Source: Candidatus Sungiibacteriota bacterium
Lineage (GTDB): Bacteria > Patescibacteriota > Minisyncoccia > Sungbacterales > SURF-37
Direction of reading: 5' to 3'
DNA: 64,000 nucleotides
NCBI GenBank assembly: GCA_016186145.1
Contig: JACPMF010000006.1
Location: 1,906-65,905 of the forward strand
A program made the translations under genes and the position numbers. Position 1 is the stretch's first letter; each line of letters starts with the position of its first letter. Of this stretch, positions 1-9,405 are shown in pieces. Under the pieces are notes generated by a model. That model saw only the letters and a program-made list of their open reading frames with translations. It did no database searches and was not told where the DNA came from.

Positions 1-525
1 TTGTTGCCGGTTTTATTTTCGTTGTTTGCGGCGGGCGCATTTTTTCTTGCCCGTTTTTTTTCAAAATTCTGGCCCCCGCTTCTTCAATTCGCAAAATTCG
101 CCGCAGTCGGCGCGCTGAACTTTGCCATTGATTTCGGAGTCCTCAACGGGCTTATATTTCTCACGGGAATTGCCGCAGGTTCCCAGTTTATTGTTTTTAA
201 AACAATTTCGGTTGTGCTCGCGATAACAAACAGCTACCTATGGAATAAATTCTGGACTTTTCAGGATCGCGAAATAAAAGGCGCGGGAAGGGAGTTTCTG
301 GAATTTCTTATTGTAACCCTTATCGGTATTGGCATTAACGTGGGGGCGGCTCATTTTATGGTGAACATTCTTGGTCCGCAGGGGGGGATTGACCCGAAGG
401 CCTGGGCAAATATCGGCGCCGGAGTCTCGGTGGTCGTTACACTCTTTTGGAACTTCTTCGGCTACAAGTTTTTTGTTTTTAAAAAGGCCGAGGTGTCCGA
501 AGTACAAACACCCAACTGGCATTAA
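1..525 (+). CDS. GtrA-family membrane protein (5' partial)
   Basis: QFAKFAAVGALNFAIDFG, NSYLWNKFWTF and WNFFGYKFFVF motifs with four hydrophobic helices; ORF open at window start. Confidence 0.85.
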   Translation: MLPVLFSLFAAGAFFLARFFSKFWPPLLQFAKFAAVGALNFAIDFGVLNGLIFLTGIAAGSQFIVFKTISVVLAITNSYLWNKFWTFQDREIKGAGREFLEFLIVTLIGIGINVGAAHFMVNILGPQGGIDPKAWANIGAGVSVVVTLFWNFFGYKFFVFKKAEVSEVQTPNWH

Positions 526-596
526 ATGAAGGGTTGATGTCTGTATAATTAATAATTTATTATAATAACAGCGACTGTATTTTCATATAATCCAGC

Positions 597-644
597 TCAC
601 TCCATCACTCCCTCATTCGCGCGAATGAGGGAGTGATGGAGTGA
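597..644. repeat. Perfect 48 bp palindrome
   Basis: TCACTCCATCACTCCCTCATTCGC|GCGAATGAGGGAGTGATGGAGTGA; core CATTCGCGCGAATGAGGGAG recurs at 1040-1059. Confidence 0.95.
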
Positions 645-683
645 TGAAAACGTCAAAACGCAAGTAAGCGGGGGGGGGGGCGT

Positions 684-983
684 ATGGGTATAAAATTTAT
701 GAAACCGCAAAGTGCAAAAATTGATTTAAAAATTGAAAGAGTCCTTAAAAGTCTGGCTAATCGCAGGCGTTTGGCCATTTTAAAATATCTTGCTAAAACG
801 CGTTTTGCAACGGTCAATGATATTGCAGAGGAAATCCACCTCTCACATAAATCAACCTCAAAACATTTAAAAATACTTACCGCAGTTGATATACTTGAAC
901 ATGAGCAAAGCAATAAATATGTCTTCTATCGGGTTGCTGATGATTTGCCGACACTCGTACATCCAATAATAAAGATGCTTTAA
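684..983 (+). CDS. ArsR/SmtB-family winged-helix regulator
   Basis: LKSLANRRRLAIL, TVNDIAEEIHLSHKSTSKHLKIL, VFYRV pattern. Confidence 0.85.
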   Translation: MGIKFMKPQSAKIDLKIERVLKSLANRRRLAILKYLAKTRFATVNDIAEEIHLSHKSTSKHLKILTAVDILEHEQSNKYVFYRVADDLPTLVHPIIKML

Positions 984-1209
984 TACTTATTTTACTGCAG
1001 CATTATCTTTATGCAATCTGTATTCAGTATTCATTCGCACATTCGCGCGAATGAGGGAGGAGAAATGAATGGGGAAAAAATGGAAAATGAACGTAGGAAG
1101 AATGAGATTGAAGGGGAGGCTTGCGCTTTTTGTGTAAATATGCAACTAATTACATATAAACACAATCAATACCGCGGCCCTTTAAAATAAACGAAACAGG
1201 AGGATTGCC

Positions 1210-1530
1210 ATGCGGAGGCTAAGAACCGCTTTCCAGATCATAACGGCCATTTTCATCCTACTGATCCCGGCACCACTTGTTTTTGCCGGCCAAACACTGC
1301 TTGCGCGAGAAGAGGTTAGAATTACAGCTGATGGCGGCGTGGAAGCAATCAGGGATGCGCTGGGTAAGGAAATGCCTTCATTGATAGAGCGGATGGAAAA
1401 TCATCAGTGCGCAATTAAGGCCAGGAGTGAAGAACGTATTCTTAAGATTCGCTTTAATGTCATTTTTAAGGAAGTTGTGGATGGTAACCATACGATAGTC
1501 ATGGAAGTGTATAGTGACGAGTGCAGCTAA
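1210..1530 (+). CDS. Hypothetical secreted protein
   Basis: AGGAGG SD, N-terminal signal-like hydrophobic stretch, followed by a terminator. Confidence 0.7.
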   Translation: MRRLRTAFQIITAIFILLIPAPLVFAGQTLLAREEVRITADGGVEAIRDALGKEMPSLIERMENHQCAIKARSEERILKIRFNVIFKEVVDGNHTIVMEVYSDECS

Positions 1531-1541
1531 AAATTGATTAT

Positions 1542-1562
1542 CCCGGCTATGCCGGGGTTTTT
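1542..1562 (+). terminator. Intrinsic terminator
   Basis: CCCGGC-TAT-GCCGGG followed by a T run. Confidence 0.7.
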
Positions 1563-1563
1563 A

Positions 1564-1592
1564 TTGACAAAAAGGTTGCAATTTGATACGCT
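1564..1592 (+). promoter_or_regulatory. Sigma70-type promoter
   Basis: TTGACA-17 nt-TACGCT. Confidence 0.7.
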
Positions 1593-1598
1593 TGATTT

Positions 1599-1725
1599 GA
1601 TCCTGCGGCAGAGTTGGCATATCAGCGATTGATGTTGCAGGAGTTGTGCCTCGGGGAAGCCACCGAGTCACCCAGCCGGGTCTCACGGCGCCATGGGTTG
1701 GCGCGCTGCGACTCCGGCTCTTTTA
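1599..1725 (+). ncRNA. Candidate structured RNA upstream of dnaX, family unknown
   Basis: GC-rich segment between a promoter and a T run with several stems: TCCTGCGGCA/TGTTGCAGGA, GGAGTTGTG/TGCGACTCC, CTCGG/CCGAG, GCGCCA/TGGCGC. Confidence 0.45.
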
Positions 1726-1757
1726 TTTTGTATTTCCTGTGTTAAAGTAATAGCGAT

Positions 1758-2963
1758 ATGAATAATCAAGTGCTTTATCGGAAACATCGCCCGAAAAGTT
1801 TTGAGGAAGTGGTCGGGCAGGGGCATGTTGTTCTCCCGATCACAAATGCCATACGCATGGATAAAATCGCCCACGCGTATTTATTTTCGGGACCCCGTGG
1901 AACCGGAAAAACTACCATTGCCCGGCTCATTGCAAAAGCCGCGAATTGCGCCAATTTGTCCAAAATTTCTGAAGGAAATTTTGTTGACAAATTGAGCGTC
2001 CGCCGACCTGTCCGCCAAAGCTTTAGCGTCGGCGGAAGCCTTGGCGAAGGCGGATTATCCATACCTTGTAACTCATGCGATCCGTGCGTTCAATTCAACG
2101 AAGGGAAATCTTTTGACGTTATTGAGATTGACGCGGCATCAAACACCGGTGTTGATGATATGCGCGAGCTTCGCGAGGCAGTACGGTTCGTGCCGGCCGG
2201 CGGTAATAAAAAAACCTACATTATTGACGAAGTGCATATGCTTTCCAAAGGCGCGTTTAACGCTCTTTTGAAAACGCTTGAGGAGCCGCCGGAGCATGCA
2301 ATCTTTGTTCTTGCCACAACAGAGCTTGAAAAAGTGCCGGCAACGATTGTCTCCCGTACCCAGCATTACGAATTTCGGAGGCCGTCAATGACGGACATAG
2401 TGAGGCGCCTCAAGACCGTTGCCGAACTTGAAAAAGTCGCGCTTGAAAGTCAGGCCGCCCAAACAATTGCTTTTGTGGCGGAAGGTTCTTTGCGGGATGC
2501 CGAAAGCATTCTTGGAAAAATTCTTGCGGTGGAAAACAAGAAGATTACCGAGGAGGAAATTAACGAAACTCTCGGAATTCCGCGGCGGATTCTGCTTCGT
2601 GAAATGGTTACGGCGGCCGCCGCGAAAGACCGGAAACGGCTGCTTGAGTTGGCGAGCGAACTTACCGCCGGCGGTTATGATTACTCTTACGCCGTAAAAA
2701 TGCTTATTCAATATTTCCGAAACATGCTGTTGCTGAAAATAGATCCATCGTTTGTCGAACTCGCTCGGCAAGAAATGCCCGAAGAAGATATCGCATTTAT
2801 TCGGGAACAAGGCGGGCGTTTTTCGGATCTGCGAGTTAAAAACGCGCTTGCTTCGCTTATTGACGCTATGGCGAACTTTAAAAAATCCCCAATCCCGCAA
2901 CTTCCCCTTGAACTTGCGCTTCTTGAGATTGTTGAAGAGGGCAAGGGCAACGAACAGCCATGA
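1758..2963 (+). CDS. dnaX: DNA polymerase III subunit gamma/tau
   Basis: LYRKHRP, GPRGTGKTT, EIDAAS, IIDEVHML, NALLKTLEEPP; enlarged Zn-loop. Confidence 0.97.
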   Translation: MNNQVLYRKHRPKSFEEVVGQGHVVLPITNAIRMDKIAHAYLFSGPRGTGKTTIARLIAKAANCANLSKISEGNFVDKLSVRRPVRQSFSVGGSLGEGGLSIPCNSCDPCVQFNEGKSFDVIEIDAASNTGVDDMRELREAVRFVPAGGNKKTYIIDEVHMLSKGAFNALLKTLEEPPEHAIFVLATTELEKVPATIVSRTQHYEFRRPSMTDIVRRLKTVAELEKVALESQAAQTIAFVAEGSLRDAESILGKILAVENKKITEEEINETLGIPRRILLREMVTAAAAKDRKRLLELASELTAGGYDYSYAVKMLIQYFRNMLLLKIDPSFVELARQEMPEEDIAFIREQGGRFSDLRVKNALASLIDAMANFKKSPIPQLPLELALLEIVEEGKGNEQP

Positions 2964-3579
2964 AGTTATATCTGATACGCCATGGAGAAAGCGAGTCAAA
3001 CGCCTCCGGATATTATTTGGGGAAGGACTCCAAGCTTTCAATCGCAGGCCGCACGCAAGCGCGCAAACTTGCGCGGCGATTTGTTAAAATCCCCATTAAT
3101 CTTGTTGTAGCGAGTGATTATCGGCGGGCAATCAGCACCGCCGAGATTATCGGGAGGGTAAAAAAGAAAAAAGTTGTCATTATTCCTTTTCTTGGCGAAG
3201 AAAGATACCCGACGGAATTTGAGCGAAAGCACACCAATGACCCTGAAGTTGCGCGAATGCGGCGGATTTTACGGAAGAATAGAAACAAAAAGGGATGGCA
3301 TTATTCCGACGAAGAAAATTTCTTTGATTTGAAACTGCGGATACAGAAATTTTTAAAGGTTTTAGGCCGGCGGAAGGAAAAAAGTATTCTTGCGGTGGGG
3401 CACGGCATATCTAATCGGATGATTGTCGGACTTATGCTGTTTGGGTGAAAGCTCACGCGGACATATTCCAAAGACTCCGTCGCGGGCTTTTAACCAGAAA
3501 TACCGGTATTACGATGTGCGAGTTTGAAGACGGCCAATGGCGCATTCATACATGGAATGACCACGCGCATCTCGGATAA
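2960..3579 (+). pseudogene. Histidine phosphatase (phosphoglycerate mutase family), frameshifted near 3445
   Basis: LYLIRHGES and VGHG motifs; stops at 3448, but the expected C-terminus NTGITMCEFEDGQWRIHTWNDHAHLG continues in the -1 frame to TAA at 3579. Confidence 0.8.
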
Positions 3580-3588
3580 ATCGATAAT

Positions 3589-3659
3589 TGGGGGATCGTC
3601 TAATGGTAGGACACTGCCCTTTGAAGGCAGGTATCGGGGTTCGAGTCCCTGTCCCCCAG
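3589..3659 (+). tRNA. tRNA-Gln(TTG)
   Basis: Acceptor TGGGGGA/TCCCCCA, anticodon arm CTGCC-CTTTGAA-GGCAG, T-loop GTTCGAGTC. Confidence 0.95.
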
Positions 3660-3665
3660 GATTAG

Positions 3666-3805
3666 AGGGAAGTATCGAGTGACCAGGACGGGTCGTAAAA
3701 GACCCCCCCTATGGCTGATGCTTTCCTTAGCTCGTCACCATCACGTCATACCGGCTGAGTGCCGTATCCAAAACGAAAGATCGCCTCCCAAGGCGGTTTT
3801 TCGTT
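3666..3805 (+). repeat. Conserved structured motif, copy 1
   Basis: Stem AGGGAAGTATC/GATGCTTTCCT, then CTCGTCACCA, CATACCGGCTGAGTGCCGTAT and an ACGAAA-hairpin-TTTTCGT terminator. Confidence 0.8.
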
Positions 3806-3817
3806 AGAAATACCTTT

Positions 3818-3863
3818 AGTATACATATGTATACTTGACTTTTCTATTATAATAGATTATACT
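3818..3863 (+). promoter_or_regulatory. Near-leaderless promoter of the R-M operon with two palindromic operator candidates
   Basis: TTGACT-17-TATACT ending 8 nt before ATG; perfect palindromes AGTATACATATGTATACT (3818-3835) and TCTATTATAATAGA (3843-3856). Confidence 0.7.
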
Positions 3864-3871
3864 GCTTATAT

Positions 3872-6367
3872 ATGGCAATCAATAAAGCAGAATTTATTAC
3901 TGTGGCTGAAATGGCCAAAATGCTTGGGGTTACCCGAGCGGCAATAAACAAGCAAATTTCAGAGAAAAAGATCCCTGCTGAGAAGGTCGGGCGTAATTAC
4001 CTAATCCCCAAAACGGCCCTTCCGGCTGGGCTTGAGGAGCGTATTCGGACTGAGCAAAAGAAAGCCACCGATACGGTTATCAAGAAAAGCCATCATCACG
4101 ATCTCGATTTTGAGAAAGAACTGTGGGCGGCGGCAGACAAGCTTCGCGGCAATATTGATGTCTCCGAATACAAAAACATAGTCCTCGGACTCCTCTTCTT
4201 AAAATATATCTCTGACGCTTTTTACAAACGACGTGAAGAACTCGCGGGTTTTACTCGTGATTCGAAGAATGAGGATTTTTATGTGAAAGACGATAAGGCT
4301 CGCGCCCAAGTTCTTGAGACCAAAGATTTCTATAAGAGTGTTGGTGTGTTCTATGTACCAGAGAAATCTCGCTGGGAATATTTGCAGACAAAGACGATGC
4401 AGTCCGATATCGGGCAAGCGCTCGATAAGGCAATGGATCTTATCGAAGAGGACAACCGCGCCGAGCTTGAGGGGGTTCTCCCTAAAATTTATACTCGCAC
4501 AACCTTGGATCATGCTGTAATTGGCGAACTCGTAAATATATTTTCTCGCATTTCATTCAATCACGACTTTGACAGGGAGAAAGACATACTCGGCCGCATT
4601 TACGAATATTTCCTTGGTCAATTTGCTTCTTCTGAAGGCAAGCGTGGTGGTGAATTTTTTACTGCACGATCGATTGTTAATTTACTGGTAGAGATTCTTG
4701 AGCCATATGAAAATGCGCGGGTTCTTGATCCGGCCTGCGGAAGCGGCGGCATGTTTGTTTCTATGGGTGAATATCTGCGAAAACACGGGCAAGATCCATC
4801 GAAGCTTGCTGTCAATGGCCAAGAGAGTAACCAAACAACACTTCGTCTTGCAAAAATGAATCTCGCGATCCGTGGACTCTCTGGGAAAATTGAGCTTGGG
4901 AATAGTTATTACCAAGACAAGTTTCCCCACCTGCAAGCCGACTTCGTAATCGCCAATCCTCCGTTTAATGCAGAATGGGAACCGTCAAAACTTGCCGACA
5001 ACGATCCTCGCATGACACTAGGAGCCCCCCCAGGCAGTAACGCCAACTTTATGTGGATTCAACACTTCGCGCACCATTTAGCGCCAAATGGTCAGGCTGG
5101 GTTCGTTATGCCAAATGGAGCACTGGCAGTTTCTGGTAGAGAGGGTGATCTTCGTCAGAAATTGATCGAAGCGGATCTTGTCGACGCAATAATCACCTGC
5201 CCTTCAAAGCTTTTCTATAACGTCACTCTTCCAGTATCTCTCTGGTTCCTTTCGAAAAATAAATCCGGAGACCGTTTCCGTAGTCGCTCTGGCGAGATCC
5301 TATTTGTGGACGCTAGGGATACATTCGAGCAAATTTCTCGTAAGCAAGTTGTTTTCAACCCTACGCAAATCCAGAAAATTGCAAACACTGTTCGAGCATG
5401 GCGCGGAGAAAAGAGGTATGGCGAATACAAGGATGTCCCGGGTTTTTGTAAATCTGTTGATGTTAATAGAGTAAAAAAGAATCACTATATCTTGAGTCCA
5501 GAAAAATATGTTGATTCCGTTGTGATCCAGGGAGATGGGATATCATTCAAAAATGATCTTGAAAATACATCCAAGTTTTTAAAACAGCAGACAATAAAAT
5601 ATAAAGAGTTCGATCATAAAATATCCACCAGTCTAAATGAATTTTACCCGAGCTCTGATTGGAATAATATAAACTATTCATCGACAAGTGTTTTAGAAAG
5701 CCTAGCTTCTAAAATATTTGACGAGTGGTTTAATCGTTACCATATTCCTGGACGTAAAAAACTGAAGTTGGTTGAGCAGGATGATAAATTAATTCCGGAA
5801 GAATGGGGCGTAAAAAAGTTGGACGAAGTGGTGGATATTTCTATTGGACGAACTCCACCGAGGGAGCAGTATGAGTGGTTTTCTAGAAATGCAGAGGATA
5901 TAAAATGGATCTCCATAAAAGATCTCGGCACCAGTGGTGCATTTATACTTGACACCGAAGAGCGTCTAACAAGAGCAGCGGTTCAAAAATTTAATATTTC
6001 AATTATTCCAAAAAATACCGTTATCGTTAGTTTTAAACTCACGGTGGGACGTGTTGCGATTACGACGGAGAACATGTTGTCGAATGAGGCTATAGCGCAC
6101 CTGAAAACAAAAAAACAGCCACACATTCCATTCCAGTACCTCTATTTACTCATGAAAAAATATAATTATGCCTCTCTCGCTAGTACTTCTTCCATTGCAA
6201 ACGCCGTAAACTCAAAGACTATAAAAAATATTGAGATCGCAATTCCTGACCCTCAAACCCTGAGTCTTTTCGAGAAGATCATGACGCCTATCTTTGAAAA
6301 GATTTACGCGCTGCAGACAGAAGAAAGGGAGTTAAAAAAACTGAGGAATCAGCTATCGGTCAACTAA
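3872..6367 (+). CDS. hsdM: Type I R-M N6-adenine methyltransferase with N-terminal excisionase-like HTH and C-terminal single HsdS TRD
   Basis: TVAEMAKMLGVTRAAI HTH; LWAAADKLRG; DPACGSGG; NPPF; C-terminal IPEEW..KLDEV, GRTP, WISIKDL. Confidence 0.9.
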   Translation: MAINKAEFITVAEMAKMLGVTRAAINKQISEKKIPAEKVGRNYLIPKTALPAGLEERIRTEQKKATDTVIKKSHHHDLDFEKELWAAADKLRGNIDVSEYKNIVLGLLFLKYISDAFYKRREELAGFTRDSKNEDFYVKDDKARAQVLETKDFYKSVGVFYVPEKSRWEYLQTKTMQSDIGQALDKAMDLIEEDNRAELEGVLPKIYTRTTLDHAVIGELVNIFSRISFNHDFDREKDILGRIYEYFLGQFASSEGKRGGEFFTARSIVNLLVEILEPYENARVLDPACGSGGMFVSMGEYLRKHGQDPSKLAVNGQESNQTTLRLAKMNLAIRGLSGKIELGNSYYQDKFPHLQADFVIANPPFNAEWEPSKLADNDPRMTLGAPPGSNANFMWIQHFAHHLAPNGQAGFVMPNGALAVSGREGDLRQKLIEADLVDAIITCPSKLFYNVTLPVSLWFLSKNKSGDRFRSRSGEILFVDARDTFEQISRKQVVFNPTQIQKIANTVRAWRGEKRYGEYKDVPGFCKSVDVNRVKKNHYILSPEKYVDSVVIQGDGISFKNDLENTSKFLKQQTIKYKEFDHKISTSLNEFYPSSDWNNINYSSTSVLESLASKIFDEWFNRYHIPGRKKLKLVEQDDKLIPEEWGVKKLDEVVDISIGRTPPREQYEWFSRNAEDIKWISIKDLGTSGAFILDTEERLTRAAVQKFNISIIPKNTVIVSFKLTVGRVAITTENMLSNEAIAHLKTKKQPHIPFQYLYLLMKKYNYASLASTSSIANAVNSKTIKNIEIAIPDPQTLSLFEKIMTPIFEKIYALQTEERELKKLRNQLSVN

Positions 6368-6371
6368 AATC

Positions 6372-9300
6372 ATGAACCCACTCAACGAAAATAATCTAAC
6401 AGAGCAATCACTCATTGAATGGCTTCAAGCTCAGGGTTATGAGTATGTTTATGGTCCAGCAATTGCTCCGGGACAACCTAGCGCAGAGCGTGAGGATTTT
6501 CGTGGTGTTGTACTTAAAAATCGTTTGCTTTCTGGTGTCCGTCGTTTCAATCCCCAGCTTCCAGCTGAACAAGCAGAACAAGTCGTGGATGATATCGCCG
6601 GATATCATAATGCTGACCTCGTTCTTGGCAACAAAGAAATGTTCACCCTCCTTACCGAGGGGGCGAAGAAGACGTGGCGAGAAAAGGGTGAGGAAAAGAC
6701 CGAAGTCGTGAAGTTGATTGACTTCACAAATGTGGACGCGAACGAATTCTTGATCGTCAACCAGTTTACAATCCAGGGTATCGAGAACGTTTGCCGCCTC
6801 GATGGCGTTGTTTTTGTAAACGGTCTTCCTCTTGGAGTCCTTGAACTCAAGAGTCCCGTACGTGAGGAAGCGACGATCGGTCAGGCGTACCGCGACATAG
6901 AATATTACAAAAGGGAAATACCGAGAATCTTCTTCTATAACCAAGTCCTTTGCTTATCTGACCTTACAGAAGCACGTCATGGAACGATATCTTCATCATG
7001 GGAGCGATATAGCGCGTGGAAAGGAATTGAATCAGAAACGGATGCACCTAAAGGAGCGGCGGAGCTTGAGGTTCTTGCTAGGGGTCTTTTTAACAAGGCG
7101 CGGCTTCTCGATGTAATTCAGAACTTTACGGTTTTTGAGGCCGACGGAGATGGTGACGCGGTGACGTACACAAAAAAATCTGCTTTGTACCATCAGTACT
7201 ACGGCGTAAATAAGACGATTCAAAGCACTGTGCATTCAGTGCTTGGAGAGCGGGAAAGAAAAATTGGTGTTTTCTGGCACACGCAGGGTTCGGGTAAGTC
7301 ACTCTCAATGGTTTTCTATGTGAATAAAACAAAGAGCATATCAGAGCTTAAAAGTCCCGCTTATGTATTTCTTAATGACCGCGAGGATCTCGACGACGCG
7401 CTATTTAAAACATTTAGTCGTACTGGGTATGGCACGCTCGCAAAACGCGCTTCGAGCATAAAAGATTTGAAAGATCGACTTTCCCACTTGGGAAGTGAAC
7501 TGATATTTACAACCATTCAGAAATTCCAAGAAGATCCTGACGCGAACGCCGTTCTCTCGGAAAGAGAAAATATTATTGTGCTTACTGATGAAGCACACCG
7601 CACGCAATACAGCATGCTTGCGGGTAATGTGCGACAGGCATTACCAAACGCGAGCTTTTTGGGCGTGACCGGAACTCCAATTTCACGGCATAATCGCAAC
7701 ACCATGCGTGTTTTTGGTGATGTAATAAGCGCATATAAGATTGGCCAGGCAGTAAAAGATAAAGCAACCGTCCCTATTTACTACGAGGGCCGTCTTGTTC
7801 CTCTCCATCTGGCTGATCAATTTGTTGATAGCAAACTCGACGAAATTCTTGGAGAAATTATCGTCGATGAAAAAGCAAAAGCCCGTAAAGAATGGGCCGT
7901 CCTTGAGGAGGTTGTAGGCGCGCCAAGCCGTATTGATCAAATATCAAAAGATATCGTTACTCATTTCAATAACCGTCCCATCGAGGGCAAAGCAATGGTA
8001 GTTACAATGAGTCGTCCTATCGCCGTCGCTATGTATCAAGCAATCAAAAAGATTTCCGGTACTCCAGAGTGCGCAGTGGTAATTTCCAAAATGGAGGACT
8101 TCCCGGGACAAATTCAAACTGAGCACGATGTGAAAAAACTCGAGAAGCGGTTTAAAAAGACGAATGACCCACTTCGTTTGGTTGTCGTCTGCGATATGTG
8201 GCTTACCGGATTTGATGTGCCGAGCATGCACACAATGTATCTCGATAAACCCCTTAAGAACCATGGGCTCATGCAAGCCATTGCTCGCGTGAACCGCGTC
8301 TACAAAGATAAGCCGGGTGGTTTAATTGTGGACTATATCGGTATTGCCGAACACTTAAAGAAAGCCTTGGCTATTTATGACTCTGATGTCCAAAAGGAAG
8401 CAATGATTCCTCTCGATGAAGTAATTAGTGAGATGAGAAAATTGCACGGAGAAATTTCTCGCTACTTTACGAATATCGACTTTTCTGGTTGGAGACAAAA
8501 GAAAGGCGTTGAACTGGTCAATCTCTTCCAGTCGGCAATGAATGAAGTTATCTCAGAGAATGGCCGGCTTTCTGATGATCGAAAAATGGCTTATATGGGT
8601 GGAGTTTCCAAACTTTCCCAGCTCCATGCCCTCGTCATGCCCGCAGAGGCGGCGATGAAGATTATAACCGATGTTCAATTCTTCCAGTCAATCCGCGAAG
8701 CAATCAACAAACAGACAGTGGTGCCGCATATTATCTTTCCCGAAGCAAAAGAGAGTGCCATCCGCAGCCTTATACAAGACGCGGTGCAAGCAGAAGGCGT
8801 AATTGACCTATTTACCAAAGAAGGCGAAGAGAAAAAAAGCATCTCCATCTTTGATAGTCGATTCGCAGAAGAAATAAAGAAGGTTAAATACCAAAATCTT
8901 GCCATTGATACGGTTCGCAAAATGCTTGATCAAGAAATAAAGGTACGCTCTCGTACAAACAAGGCGCGCTATGAAACGATGCTTACGCTTTTAACCGAAC
9001 TAATTGAGAAATACGAGAATAATGTTATTAGTTCGGCAGAGATCATTAAGCATCTACTCGAGATTGCCGACGAGATAAAGAAACTGGACGAAGAGAGCGA
9101 GGAACTCGGACTTTCCGAAGAGGAGATCGTCTTTTATGACACTCTTGCAGCCGATCCAGATCTCAAAGAAGCAGGGATTGATATCAAAGAATTCGTAAAG
9201 GAACTTACAAAACGTATTCGGCGCGACTTGGCTATTGATTGGACCAATAACGAAACTATCAAAGCGCGCATTCGCCAAAATGTTCGGTTGCTTTTGCTCC

Positions 9301-9401
9301 AGAAGGGCTTCGTCGAGCAGATGCAAACAGAACGACTAATAGAGTCGATATATCAGGAGACGGTGAGGGTGTACCGGGAATACTTACCAGTACCAGCGTA
9401 A
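6372..9401 (+). CDS. hsdR: Type I restriction endonuclease subunit R
   Basis: RLDGVVFVNGLPLGVLELK, HTQGSGKS, DEAHR, GVTGTP, MWLTGFD, MQAIARVNR. Confidence 0.97.
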   Translation: MNPLNENNLTEQSLIEWLQAQGYEYVYGPAIAPGQPSAEREDFRGVVLKNRLLSGVRRFNPQLPAEQAEQVVDDIAGYHNADLVLGNKEMFTLLTEGAKKTWREKGEEKTEVVKLIDFTNVDANEFLIVNQFTIQGIENVCRLDGVVFVNGLPLGVLELKSPVREEATIGQAYRDIEYYKREIPRIFFYNQVLCLSDLTEARHGTISSSWERYSAWKGIESETDAPKGAAELEVLARGLFNKARLLDVIQNFTVFEADGDGDAVTYTKKSALYHQYYGVNKTIQSTVHSVLGERERKIGVFWHTQGSGKSLSMVFYVNKTKSISELKSPAYVFLNDREDLDDALFKTFSRTGYGTLAKRASSIKDLKDRLSHLGSELIFTTIQKFQEDPDANAVLSERENIIVLTDEAHRTQYSMLAGNVRQALPNASFLGVTGTPISRHNRNTMRVFGDVISAYKIGQAVKDKATVPIYYEGRLVPLHLADQFVDSKLDEILGEIIVDEKAKARKEWAVLEEVVGAPSRIDQISKDIVTHFNNRPIEGKAMVVTMSRPIAVAMYQAIKKISGTPECAVVISKMEDFPGQIQTEHDVKKLEKRFKKTNDPLRLVVVCDMWLTGFDVPSMHTMYLDKPLKNHGLMQAIARVNRVYKDKPGGLIVDYIGIAEHLKKALAIYDSDVQKEAMIPLDEVISEMRKLHGEISRYFTNIDFSGWRQKKGVELVNLFQSAMNEVISENGRLSDDRKMAYMGGVSKLSQLHALVMPAEAAMKIITDVQFFQSIREAINKQTVVPHIIFPEAKESAIRSLIQDAVQAEGVIDLFTKEGEEKKSISIFDSRFAEEIKKVKYQNLAIDTVRKMLDQEIKVRSRTNKARYETMLTLLTELIEKYENNVISSAEIIKHLLEIADEIKKLDEESEELGLSEEEIVFYDTLAADPDLKEAGIDIKEFVKELTKRIRRDLAIDWTNNETIKARIRQNVRLLLLQKGFVEQMQTERLIESIYQETVRVYREYLPVPA

Positions 9402-9405
9402 TTTT

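Noticed and set aside
3446-3448. Genome-wide UGA recoding
   Set aside because: The phosphatase continues in another frame, and core genes such as dnaX, murA, rpmF and smc end properly at TGA.
3747-3780. Hammerhead ribozyme in the conserved motif
   Set aside because: Core reads CTGAGTG rather than CTGANGA, and the three-stem arrangement could not be built.
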